A DNA stretch of 64,000 bases, from assembly GCF_009914755.1 (NCBI RefSeq), contig NC_060932.1; one strand, given 5' to 3'. The DNA is from the human T2T-CHM13v2.0 reference genome, Homo sapiens. Below the pieces are notes generated by a model. The model had not been told where the DNA came from. It worked only from the letters and a program-made list of their open reading frames with translations, and searched no databases. Below, in pieces: positions 13,623-28,815 of the stretch. Position numbers and translations under genes: made by a program. Numbering within the stretch: position 1 is the first letter of the stretch; each line of letters opens with the position of its first letter.

Positions 13623-15135
13623 ACCACTTGCATTCTAATGTGAGAGATGCATATATACTAATCCTTACAAGTAATAAGTACAAAATACAGGCATGAGTTA
13701 AAGGTTATTAAGAACAAAGAAGAAAGTAATTAGTTTTTTTGGTAGAGGGTTAGAAGGAAAATCCTTTCTGGAAAGTTGAAGTCTCAGCTGGGCCTTTAAA
13801 AATAGTAAGTGATTGCTTAGAATAGGGCATTTCAAAGCTTTATAAACAGGATCTTAAATGGCATAAAGTCAGAAAAGTGAGTAGATTGGAAATGCAACTA
13901 ATCAAGTGTGGCTAAGGTGGTCAGAGTTCAATATTAGGTCAGGGCATGGGATGGATAAAGATGGTAAAATAAATTAAGAGGACTCTTAATCCTTGGTAGA
14001 GAATTTAAGCTTGTCTTGCAGGTAGAATTGTACAACTGAAGGCAACACCATTCTCATTTTATTCTATAATTGCACAATGAGGTAACCTTGCTTAAAGATA
14101 TGACAGACCTATTCAAGATGACTAATGCAGGAAATGATACAATCCAATTTGTATCAAAAATGACTCTGCCAAGAAAATGGAGGAGTAGGTTAGACAGAGG
14201 CACCTAACAGAAGTAGAATGCAGGCCATATATGTACTTCCAAAAATGTCTGAAAAGTAAAAAGTAACAGGTAAAATTCAGTTTAATAATGTACTATTTCA
14301 TCCAAAATACCCAAATTTTATGATTTTAAAATGTAATGAATATAAAAATTATTAACTTAATATTTTATATTCTCCTTATATAATGACTGGTGTGTTTACT
14401 TTGTTCTTATTCTATATTTGAATCTGGACTAGCCATGAAATTTCAAGTGCTCAATAGCCACATGTGATTAGTGCCTTCTACACTGGATAATGAGGGATAA
14501 ATGGTTAAAGCCTTGGAAATGAATACAGATATTTTTCCTAGTAAAGAACATTGATGAGGGTTAAAACTAGAGTGGTGCAGTACGAATGGTGAGAAATGAA
14601 TCAATTGAAGAGATTATTTAGAAAATGTAGTCAACAGAACCTAGTTATAGATTTAATATTGTGAGTGAGAAGTGAGGAAAAGAATCACATATCTGAGATT
14701 TTAATTTTGTTGACTGCTACAGAAGCTTAGGTTTGGCAGGAAAGATATTGAATTTGGTTTGGTATATGAATATGAATGCAACTTAGGCATTTACAAATAA
14801 CATATATAAATCATAGGAGCTAAGATTTTGTAGCTATTGAATTAAAAGTAGAAGTTAATCCACATAGATGAATTGTCAATCTGTAAGTTAGAGAAGGAGA
14901 ACAAAGAATGGAACTCTAATGAATATCAGCATATCTAATATTTAAGGATATTCAGTAAAAGGAAGAACAAACGAAAGAAACAGTCGTTTGAGATACAGAA
15001 TAAGAAACAGAAAGGAAAGTATTTAAAGGAAGAAGAAATCATATTGGTGGACATGGGGAAGCAAAAAGTTTCAATGAATAATATGAGAACTAGAAAAAGA
15101 ACAAGAAAATTAAATTTGGTAATTAGGTCATTGCT
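13623..15135 (-). mobile_element. L2 LINE fragments interrupted by MER33
   Basis: Degenerate L2 motifs on both sides of the DNA transposon. Confidence 0.55.
14222..14492 (-). mobile_element. MER33-like hAT-Charlie DNA transposon (MITE)
   Basis: 'atttcaagtgctcaatagccacatgtgattagtg' and an AT-rich core similar to MER33/MER3. Confidence 0.75.
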
Positions 15136-16471
15136 TGTATTTGAAAAAAATCACTTGCATACTTCTGGTTTCCATATCTGTATTTTTATAGAAAGTGCAA
15201 TAACCTACATTACAGAGTCTGCATGGCATAGGAAATGGTAAGGTGGATGCTCCACTTATCTTACCATATGTAACTTTCCCAATAACTCAGGGAGGCCATT
15301 ACCAGTCATTTTAATGGTGATGCTTAGTGAGATCAAATACCTGCAAAGGTTACCCTGCCATTAAATGACAGATCTGAAATGGAACCCAGGCTGTCTTTTA
15401 CAAAATATTGTGATTTTCCTCCTATACCACGTTGCATTCTCTAAATTCCTGACAATATTCGGTCTCACATATGCCTTTGTCTGTTATTGCAATCTTTTAT
15501 ATCTTGTTACCTGAAGAAACTCCAAGCAAACAAAGCTGGGGAAAATATAAGATTGCTAGAGATTGGAACACTTAATATTGAGCACAGAAACAAAGGTTAA
15601 GGAAAAGACATCTCTCTAGAATCAAGCATCAGGGTTGCTTATTCGCTTCTCCCATGTTTGGAATGCAGTATGCATGGCTGCACTTTCTAGCTTTCTTGAG
15701 GTCACCATGGTCTGCAAGTGCTTCCTTCCTGAATAATGTATGTTTGGCCCAGAAAATGACCTTATCTTTTGGTTTATTTCTTTCATATTGAAAAGTTTAT
15801 AGCGTTAAAGTCAAACCCAAAAAAAGTTTGGTCAATACTTGCTTTCGTTTTTGTTTACTAAATGACATTTTTAAAGTGTATGTATCATAATGTTTGATTT
15901 TAATAAATAGAATTGTGAAAATATTATCAACATAAATGTATGTATCTGGGGATTATTTCAATTTTTTGAATTTTGTCCAGTAATTTAGTCTGGAATTTTT
16001 CAAAATGTATCAGTAAATATTTAATAGTATGTTAGACTTTGTTGTTCCAGCCCAAGAAAAATCAGGGCTCCCTGCCAGCAAAAGCCACATCTGGCCCAGG
16101 ATTCTGATGTCATGAAGTTAGAAGATGTTTCAACCATATCACTTATTTAATTTCAAGGTGCCCTTAAGGAAGATATTGAGGAATACAACCTGAATTACAT
16201 TAACCAGGCTTTGACTAGAAATTGCATAATAATGGAGTGTGTGGCTATGTTGCCTCAAAAAGAAAGGGATTGTGACATTCCACTGAAGACATGGAAAGGT
16301 GCTGGAAACTACACTTACAGAAACTCAAATCTGACCCTTCTCTTGTGCATGTCCTTAAATGTCACTCCATTCTTAAAACTGTCCCCTATCTCTCCAACTA
16401 GATGTAATCTTTTCATATTCTTCTAAAAAGTAAATATTGAGAGCATTTTCTGGCATTCATCATATTCAGCC

Positions 16472-16687
16472 TTTTTTTTTTTAGAGACAGGAACTCACTC
16501 TGTTATTCATGCTGGAGTGCGGTAGTGACATCATGGCTCACTGCAGCCTTGCTCTCCTAGGCTCAAGTGATCCCCCCATCTTAGCCTCCTGAGTAGCTGG
16601 AACTCCAACAGGCACATGCCTCCAAGCCTGGCTATTTTTTTTTTAACTTTATGGACGCGGGGTCTTGCTATGTGACCCAGGATGGCC
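16472..16687 (-). mobile_element. 5'-truncated AluJ
   Basis: Poly-T tail, AluJ-type sequence, TSD catattcagcctt/catattcagtctt. Confidence 0.9.
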
Positions 16688-17106
16688 CATATTCAGTCTT
16701 CTATTGAAGCGATTGGTGTTCTATTACTATGATGTACTCTAATAGATTAACATTTGTGAAAGCTGTAATCATTTTCTGTTTAGTAAGGGGTGTGCTGCAG
16801 CACCTAGCTTCTGTTTCACACACTTAGTAGGCCCTTGATAAATGCTTTTGTCTATTTTTGAAATAAAGGTGTAAATTAGTGTTGTCTTTTTGGGCAAGTG
16901 TAGTAAGATCAATAAGTATTTGAAAACGGTATCTCTCTTTACATAACATTACCTGGATCTCAATTTCCTGTCTTCCCTAGTTCCCAGCAGTTTCATCTTA
17001 CACCGATTCTCTTCTAGAACCGAACCACGTTATGCCTGAAAACATTGCCTTGTCTCTTAGCCTTTGCATATGTGGTTGCTGTTTCCTGAAATACCTTGAT
17101 ATGTAA

Positions 17107-17144
<38 letters not shown>
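17107..17144. repeat. (TG)n microsatellite
   Basis: Directly visible. Confidence 0.95.
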
Positions 17145-17147
<3 letters not shown>

Positions 17148-17214
17148 CATATGTGTAGAGGTGGAAGAGGTGGAGGAGAGAAAAACTACAATAAAAAGAT
17201 GTTTATAAAAAGTA

Positions 17215-17450
17215 ATAGATAACAGTTATATAGTCCTGACTCTACTCTTGATACAGTTCTAAGTGCTTTAAATTATAATGCTATTTGAGTCTCCTAACAT
17301 TACGGCTTAGATGCTGTTTTAATTTTCATCTGATAGATAAAAGATGATACTTCTTTTGCCATAAGATAAAAGAAGTCAATTAATCTATCCAAGGTCATGC
17401 AAGCAAAAATAGCAATATGTAAGTTAACACCTGTACCAGAGTCAAGCCCT
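17215..17450 (-). mobile_element. MIR fragment
   Basis: 'cagttctaagtgcttta', 'ccaaggtcatgc'. Confidence 0.5.
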
Positions 17451-17589
17451 GGCAGACGGCTGTGCCCACTTGAACTAAGCCACTTCCCGTGATACTAAGA
17501 AGCATAATGGCTAAGATGAACCCTCTTGGTCTCATTTAAACAAAGCAAGATTCTATTCATATTTTATTTCTTTTTCACACTGAATCATT

Positions 17590-19972
<2,383 letters not shown>

Positions 19973-20239
19973 ATAGACTTAATCATTCTAAAAAAACAAA
20001 ACTAAGTTTTATAAACTTTTGACAAGATCTGGAAACGTACATTAGCTTTTGTTTTTGACAGCACAATAAAATAAACAATGCACATATCTATAGGTGAAAA
20101 ATAACCAGTAAGCTAACTAGCCATAAGTATTTTAGACAATTTATTAATTAACAAATTATATTTTAGAAAATTATTTCCACAATTCTCAATAAAGAAAATA
20201 GTACATGGTAATATTTTTGGTTTTGTCTTCTTTTCAAAG

Positions 20240-20555
<316 letters not shown>

Positions 20556-21052
20556 AGGGTTTTTTTAAAATTTGTTTGCCTGTTTGCTTTTAAAACATTT
20601 TTTGATATGCACATTTGTACATATACATGGGGTGCATGTGGTATTTTTATATAGACATACAATATATAATAATCAAATCAAGGTATTTAGAATACTACCT
20701 TTAATATGTATCATTTCTTTATTTGGGGACATTTCAAGTCTTCTAGTTATTTTGAAATATGTGATACATTGTTGTTAACTTTAGTCACACTATTGTGCTA
20801 TCAAACACTATAAAACTGCCATATATGAATGGGAACATGTGATATTCGTCTTTCTCTGCTTGACTTGTTACACTTAACATAATGACATCCAGTTCTATCC
20901 ATGTTGCTGCAAATGACAGGATTCCATTGATTAAATGGCAGAATAGTATTACATTGTGTGTGTATGTGTATATATATATATATAAAATTTGGCTAAGAAT
21001 CAATCTTTATCCATGAATGGATGAGTAAAGTATATGTATATATCCAGTCATC

Positions 21053-21055
<3 letters not shown>

Positions 21056-21099
<44 letters not shown>
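21056..21099. repeat. (CA)n microsatellite
   Basis: Directly visible. Confidence 0.95.
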
Positions 21100-21101
<2 letters not shown>

Positions 21102-21410
21102 TATCCAGTCATTCATTCATGGATAAAGGTTGATCTTACCTTGGCTATTGTGAGTAGTGCTGCAGTAAACATAGGAGGGGAGGGAGTTCCTTTGTTATAC
21201 TGATTTCCTTTCCTTTGGATAAATACCCAGTACTGAGATTGCTGGATCTTATGGTAGTTTTATTTTTACTCTTTTGAAAAATCTCCATACTGCTTTTCAT
21301 ATTGGCTATAGTAGTTTACATTCTCACCAAGAATGTATAACAGTCCCCTTTGCAACCTCATCAGTATTTGTTGTTTATTTATATATACATATGTGTTGAC
21401 TATTTCTATG

Positions 21411-21411
<1 letters not shown>

Positions 21412-21453
<42 letters not shown>

Positions 21454-21567
21454 AGGGATGAGGCCTTTTTATGTTGCTCAGGCTGAACTTTAAATCCTGG
21501 GCTCTAGTGATTCTACTGTCTCAGTCTCCCAAGTTGATGGGACTATGGGTATATGTCACCATGGCTA
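21412..21567 (-). mobile_element. FLAM-like Alu monomer with the tail position occupied by (TG)n
   Basis: 'tatgttgctcaggctgaactttaaatcctgggctctagtgattct' preceded by a (TG)n run. Confidence 0.7.
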
Positions 21568-24386
21568 ATATTCTTTAGAGAAATGCATATTCAGATTTTT
21601 GCCAACATTTTCATGATATTATTTGTTTTTTTTCTCTATTAAGTTGTTTGAATTTCTTGTATATTCTGGCTATAAGTCCTTTGTTGGAGGAATAGTTTGC
21701 AAATATTTTCTCCCAATCTATAAGTTGTCTCTTCAATCTGCTGTTTCTTTTGCTGTGCAGAAGCATTTTAGCTTAAGAGTGTCCTATTTGGCTATTTTCA
21801 TTTTTGTAGCCTGTGCTTTTGAGATATTACCCATAAAATCTTTGCCTAGCCCAATGTCCTGGAGTGTTTCCCGTGTTTCATTCTAGTAGTTCTGTAAGTT
21901 TCCACTCTTACTTTTGTCTTTAATCCATTTTAAGTTGATTTTTACGTATGGTGAGTGATAGGGGTCTACTGTCATTCTTCTTCATGTGGAAATTTTCTTA
22001 GCATCATTTATTGAAAAGGGTGTTGTTTCCATAATGTATGTCATTGGAACCTTTGTTGAAAATCAGTTGGCTGTAAACGTGTGGATTTATTTCTGGGTTA
22101 TCTTTCTGTTTCATTGGTCTATTTGTCTATTTTTTACTAATACCATGCATTTTGGTTACTATTAATTTGTAATATATTTTGAATTCAGGTAGTGTAATGT
22201 CTCTGGCTTTGTTCTTTTTGCCGAGGATTGTTTTGGCCCTTTGGACTGTTTTTTGGTTCCATATGAAATTTAGGATAGTTTTTTTCTATTTATCTGAAGA
22301 ATATCATTATTTTTTTCATAGATATTGCATTAAATCTGTAGATTCATTTGGGTAATATGGTAATTTTAACAATATTAATTCTGATCTATAAGTAGGACTA
22401 TCTTTCCATTTGTGTCCTCTTCAATTCCCTTCATCAGCATTTTGTAGTTTTCCTTGTAGGAATTTTTCTCCTGGGTAATTTAATTTTTTTGTTGCTATTG
22501 CTAATGAGATTTCTTTATTGGTTTCTTTTTCATATTATTCTCTTTTGGCATACAGAAATGTACTGAATTTGTAGATTGATTCTGTATCCTGCCATTTTAC
22601 TGAATTTGTTTATAAGTTCTAAGAGTTTTTATGGGGGAGTTTTTAAGAGTTTTAAATACATATATCACTTCATTTGCAAAGAACAATAATTTTACTGTTT
22701 TTTTTCCAATTTGGTTGCCTTTTATTTCTTTCTCTTGCCTGATTGCTCTATCTAGAACTTAAAATACTATGTTGAATAAGAGTGGTGAAAGTAGGCACCT
22801 TTGTGTTGTTCCAGTTCTTAGAGGAAAGACTTTCAGCTTTTCACCATTCAATATAATATTAGCTGTGGGTTTGTTACATGTGGCCTTTATTATGTTGAGA
22901 TATGTTCCTTTTATACTTAATTTGTTGAGAATTTTTATCATGCAGGGATGTTGACCTTATCAAATGCTTTTTCTGCATTTATTGAGATGATCATATGATT
23001 TTTGTCCTTTATTCTACGTGTGTCATATATCACATTTACTGATTTGCATATGTTGAACCATCTTGCATCCCTGGGATAAATCCCACTTGGTCATAATGAA
23101 TGATCTTTATATGTGTTGTTGGACTTAGTTTGATAGTATTTTTTGAGCATTTTTGCATCAATATTCATCAGTGTTATTGACCTTTTTTTTAATGTCCTAG
23201 TCTGGTTTTGGTATTAGGATAGTTCTGTACTCCTAGAATGAATCAGAAATATTTCCTTCCTCTTCAACTTTTTGAATATTTTAAGAAGTACTGGTATTAG
23301 TTCTTCCTTATAAGTTTGATCGTTTTCAGCAGTAAAGACATCCAGTCTTGGACTTTTATTTGTTGGAAGATTTTTAAATTAAAGATTCAATCTCATTACT
23401 TGTTATTCTTTTTAGGTTTTCTATTTTTTCTTGATTTAATCTTGGTAGGTTGTATGTGTCCAGGAATTTATCCATTTCTGCTAGGTTTAACAGTTGTTAG
23501 TATATCATTGTTCATAATATTCTCTGATGATTCTTTGTATTTCTGTAGTGTTAGTTCTTATATCTCTTTTGTCATTCCAATTTTGTTTGTTTGGGTCTGC
23601 TTACTTTTTTTCTTAGTTGGTCTAACTAGTAGTGTATCCATTTTGTTTATCTTTTCAAGATATCCAATTTTTACTTTGTTGATGAATTTTTGTGTTTCTA
23701 TTTTATTTAATTCTACTGATCTTTATTATTTCTGTCCATTCACAATTTTTGAGTTTAGTTTATTCTTGATTTTCTGGTTTCTTAAGGTCCGTTGTCAGGT
23801 TGTTTATTTGAAATATATCTACTTTTTTATGTAGGTGTTTATTGATATAAACTTTCCTATTAGCACTACTTTCTCTTTGTCCCATAGGCTTGGGTATATT
23901 TTGTTTCCTTTTTTATTTGTTTCAAATTTTTAAAATTTCCTTCTTAATGTTTTTATTGACCCAATGCTTGTTTAAGAATATATTGTTTAATTTTCATGTA
24001 TTTGTACAGTTTATATGGTTCTTATTGTAATTTATTTCTATATGTTCCATGTGGTTTCCAAAGATACTTGATATGATTTCAAGTTTTTAAAAACTTGTTG
24101 AGACTCACTTTGTGACCTGCCATATGGTGTATTCTGAAGGATGTTCTATATGCTTACAAGAAGAATGTGTATTCTTCAGCTTTTAAATAAAATGTTCTGT
24201 AACTGTGTATTAGGTCCATTTGGTCTAAAGTGTAGCTTAAGTTCAATCTTTGTTATTTTCTGTCTGGATGATTTGTTCAATGCTGAGAGTGGGGTGTTGT
24301 AGCTCCCAACTATTACTGTATTGGGGTTTGTCTTTCTCTTTATATCTAATAATAATTGCCATATGTATCCGGTATCTGGTGCTCCA

Positions 24387-24596
24387 ATCATGGCAGAAGA
24401 TGAAGGAAAAGCAAAGCGATGTCTTACTGTTGGCCAGCAAGGGAGAGCTTGTGCAGGGGAACTCCTGTTTATAAAATCATAAGATCTCTTGAGACTTATT
24501 CACTATCACAAGAACAGCAAGGGAAAGACCCGACCCCATGATTCGATTACCTCCCACTGGGTCCCTTCCAAAACATGTGGAAATTATGGGAGCTAC
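24387..24596 (-). mobile_element. Internal fragment of a THE1 LTR lacking both termini
   Basis: Matches the middle of the THE1 LTR at 55479-55839 (aatcatggcagaag...attatgggagctaca). Confidence 0.88.
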
Positions 24597-24612
24597 ATAC
24601 ACACACACACAC

Positions 24613-24659
<47 letters not shown>
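24597..24659. repeat. (CA)n(TA)n microsatellite
   Basis: Directly visible. Confidence 0.95.
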
Positions 24660-25715
24660 CTTATTATATTCCCTTGCTGAATTGATCCTTTTTTATTTTA
24701 TTATAATGTTCTTTGTCTCTTTTTACAGTTTTGACTTAAATTTTGTTTCATCTGATGTAAGTATAGCCACTCTTACTTTCTTTTGGCTTTTGTTTGTGTA
24801 AAATACATTTTTATCATCCCTTCACTTTTTCAGCCTGTATCTGTCTTCATAGGTGAAGCAATTTTCTAGCAGGAAACATATAGTAGAGTTATTTCTTTTT
24901 TACCCATTGAGTCATTCTAAATATTTTAAGTGGGGTATGTAATCTTTTCACATTTAAGGTTATTGTTGATAGTTGATGACTTATTCTTGCCATTTGTCAA
25001 TTTTTCTCTGGGTGTTTTTGTATCCTTTTTCCATTCTTACTCTCTTGTATTTTATCATTGTGGTTTGGTGGTTTTCAATACTGGTAACATTTGAGCCCTT
25101 TCTTTTTTTCATTTGTGCGTCTGTTTTACCAGTGAGTTTTATATATTCGTGTGTTTTCATGATGTTAGATACTGTACTTTCACATCCAGATGTAGTATTC
25201 CTTTAAACATTTCTTGTAGGGCTGGTCTAGTGGTGATGAACACCCTCAATTTATTCTTGTCTGGGTAAGACTTTATTTCTTCATTATTTTTGAAGGGTAG
25301 CTTTGCTAGACATAATATTTGTGGCTGCCAGTTTTTTTTTATTATTTTCTTTTAGCACTTTGAATCTATCATTCCATTCTCTCCTTGCCTGTAAGATTTC
25401 TGTTGAGAAATCCACTTTTAATCTGATGGATATTCCCTTATATATGACTTAATGCTTTACTCTTGTTGATTTTAGAATTTATTCTTTGTCTTTGACTTTT
25501 GATAGTTTGAATATAGTGTGGTTTGGAGAAGACCTATTTAAGTTGAATCTATTTGGAAATTTTTAAACTTTTGTATCCGAATGTTTATGTTTCTTGAAAG
25601 ACAAAAAATCAGCTATTATTTTGTTAAATAGGTGTTCTACATATTTATACGATAACTCTACCTTTCGAACACACACAATTTGAATATTAAGTTGCTTTAA
25701 AGTGTCCCATATATC

Positions 25716-27205
25716 CTTCGCCCACTTTTTGATGGGGTTGTTTTTTTCTTGTAAATTTGTTTGAGTTCTTTGTAGATTCTGGATATTAGCCCTTTGTCAG
25801 ATGAGTAGATTGCAAAAAATTTTCTCCCATTCTGTAGGTTGCCTGTTCACTCTGATGGCAGTTTCTTTTGCTGTGCAGAAGCTCTTTAGTTTAATTAGAT
25901 CCCATTTGTCAATTTTGGCTTTTGTTGCCATTGCTTTTGGTGTTTTAGACATGAAGTCCTTGCCCATGCCTGTGTCCTGAATGGTATTGCCTAGGTTTTC
26001 TTCTAGGGTTTTTATGGTTTCAGGTCTAACATTTAAGTCTTTAATCCATCTTGAATTAATTTTTGTATAAGTTGTAAGGAAGGGATCCAGTTTCAGCTTT
26101 CTACATATGGCTAGCCAGTTTTCCCAGCACTGCTTATTAAATAGGGAATCCTTTCCCCATTTCTTGTTTTTGTCAGCTTTGTCAAAGATCAGATGGTTGT
26201 AGATGTGTGGTATTATTTCTGAGGGCTCTGTTCTGTTCCGTTGGTCTGTATCTCTGTTTTGGTACCAGTACCATGCTGTTTTGGTTACTGTAGCCTTGTA
26301 GTATAGTTTGAAGTCAGGTAGCGTGATGCCTCCACCTTTGTTCTTTTGGCTTAGGAGCCATCAAAAAGTGGGCAAAGGATGTGAACAGACACTTCTCAAA
26401 AGAAGACATTTTTGCAGCCAACAGACACATGAAAAAATGCTCATCATCACTGGTCATCAGAGAAATGCAAATCAAAACCACAATGAGATACCATCTCACA
26501 CCAGTTAGAATGGTGATCGTTAAAAAGTCAGGAAATAACAGGTGCTGGAGAGAATATGGAGAAATAGGAACACTTTTACACTGTTGGTGGGACTGTAAAC
26601 TAGTTTAACCATTCTGGAAGACAGTGTGGCAATTCCTCAATGATCTAGAACTAAAAATACCATTTGACCCAGCCATCCCGTTACTGGGTATGTGCCCAAA
26701 GGATTATAAATCATGCTGCTATAAAGACACATGCACACATATGTTTATTGTGGCACTATTCACAATAGCAAAGACTTGGAACCAACCCAAATGTCCATCA
26801 ATGATAGACTAGATTAAGAAAATGCAGCATATATAAACCATGGAATACTATGCAGGCATAAAAAGGGATGAGTTCATGTCCTTTGTAGGGACATGGGTAA
26901 AGCTGGAAACCATCATTCTCAGCAAACTATCGCAAGGACAAAACAACAAACACTGCATGTTCTCACTCATAGACAGGAATAGAACAATGAGAACATTTGG
27001 ACACAGGAAGGGGAACATCACACACTGGGGCCTGTTGTGGGTTTGAGGGAGATGGTAGGGATAGCATTAGGAGATATACCTAATGTAAATGACGAGTTAA
27101 TAGGTGCAGCACAGCAACATGGCACATGTATACATATGTAACAAATCTGCACGTTGTGCACATGTACCCTAGAACTTAAAGTATAATAAAAAAAATTTAA
27201 AAAAC
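25716..27205 (+). mobile_element. L1PA (L1PA4-like), 5'-truncated with 5' inversion (minus 25716-26356, plus 26358-27205)
   Basis: 14-bp TSD gtgtcccatatatc (25702-25715, 27206-27219); ORF2p C-terminal peptides; 3' end gtaccctagaacttaaagtataataaaa. Confidence 0.95.
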
Positions 27206-28714
27206 GTGTCCCATATATCTTGTAGGCTTTCTTTATTTTTTGATTCTCCATTTTTTTTTTTAAATTCCGACTGGGTATTTTAAAAGACCTGTCTTCAAGT
27301 TCAAGAATTATTTCTTCTGCTTGCTCTAGTCAATTATTGAAGCTCTTATTTTTATTTTTATTTTATTATTTAAATTCCTTACTTCCAGTATTTGTTTGGT
27401 TCTCTTTAAAGATGTCTATCTCTGCTTTGAATTTCTCATTCAGATTCTGATTTGTCTTATTTTTTATATTGATTATCTGTGTTCTCATATCTTATTGAGC
27501 TTCCTTAATATTTTCATTTATATGATTTTTCAGGAATTGCATAAATTTCTTTTTTTTGGAAATAGTTGCTGGAGAATTATTGTGTTCCTTTATAGATGTC
27601 ATCTTTCTTTTACTTCTAATTTTTTGGATTGGCTTTCATAAGGAAATACTTTTTCTGTAGATACATTTATAGCATTGGTTATATAGGGCACTTTAGCTCT
27701 GATTCTGGGTGCATGCAGTAGTGTAGTCTCTGTATAATTTATTTGGCTGTAGTGAGCATCAGTGATGTCTCTGAGTTTCTTAGTGGCTTGCCTGTGGTTT
27801 TCAGTGTAGGTTGTGGCACAATTTTCTGGAGACAGGGATGAAAAGTGGGCATGTCCTTGGGCCCCAGTGGTTTTGGTGGTAGGCCAAGTGTGCCCTTTCT
27901 TGGATACACTGGAGGCATACATGGGCACTGGTGGTAGTGGGTTGAAGTGGGTCAATCCTTGAGACCTCAGGTGGTCTGCTCAGGTTCCAGCAGTGAACCT
28001 GGCAGTAGCGGTGGTAGGCCAACCCTCATTTCACCAGATGGCACACAGGGGTGCCAGCAGTGGCAGCAGTGGGCTAGACATAGCACTCCCCAGGTGCCCA
28101 GGTGGCATGTGTGAGTGCCAGCCACACGTCATGGTGGTGGCAGGATGGGAAGGCCATCTCAGACCCCAGGAGGAGTGTGTGAATACTGCAGATGCTGGTG
28201 GGTCAGGCATATCAATCCCCAGGCTCCCAGCTGACAGGGGCAGGTACTGGCAGGATTGGAAGGCTCCTTCTCAGGCCCTGGGTAGGAGTGGATGCTGGCT
28301 GTGGCAGGCAGGGTGAGTCAATCCCCGGGCCCCCAGATGATGCATGTGGTCATTGGTGGGCATATGTTGGGTGAGGTGGTCTGTCCTCAGGCTCTCAATC
28401 ACAGGCTGTGGTGGGTATGTCTGGTCAATTTTTCCAGTTTCTGGGAATTGAGCAAGCCACTCTTTGGTCTCTAGAAAGCTGTGCACAGGTGGCAGCAGGA
28501 AGAGCAAGGCGATCCCTTGCCCTTGGACTATGCAATGACAATAGAAGGGGCAGTGCTGGGCAATGTGGGCTTGGGTTCAGTTCCCCTTGTGGTGTGCATC
28601 GGTAACAGGCTGTGCTGGGCAGGACAGGGTGATCTCCAGGCTCTCCATGGTGTGCTCAGCTGCTGGCTGCAGTCAGGCTGAGCCTGTAAGTGCATGTGTG
28701 GTGGAAATATTTGC

Positions 28715-28815
28715 TTTTTAACAGCTTTATTGAGGTATAATTTATATACAAAGGAGTATACATATTTAGCACATACAATTTTATGAACTTAGACATATGT
28801 AAACAGTCATGTAAT
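28715..28815 (-). mobile_element. Short old L1 3' end fragment (L1MC/MD/ME-like)
   Basis: 'aacagctttattgaggtataatttatatac'. Confidence 0.6.

Larger units (their letters stand above)
20590..28690 (-). mobile_element. Near-full-length old L1MA-type element (3' UTR, ORF2, ORF1, GC-richer 5' UTR) with nested insertions
   Basis: Continuous antisense L1 sequence; RT fragment 22759-22941 ([21 protein letters not shown]); ORF1-like sequence ~25200-27600; GC-rich 5' region ~27780-28690. Confidence 0.88.

Noticed and set aside
23316-23834. 172-aa hydrophobic ORF resembling a membrane protein
   Set aside because: Antisense of A-rich L1 ORF2; the T-rich strand yields F/L/I-rich peptides
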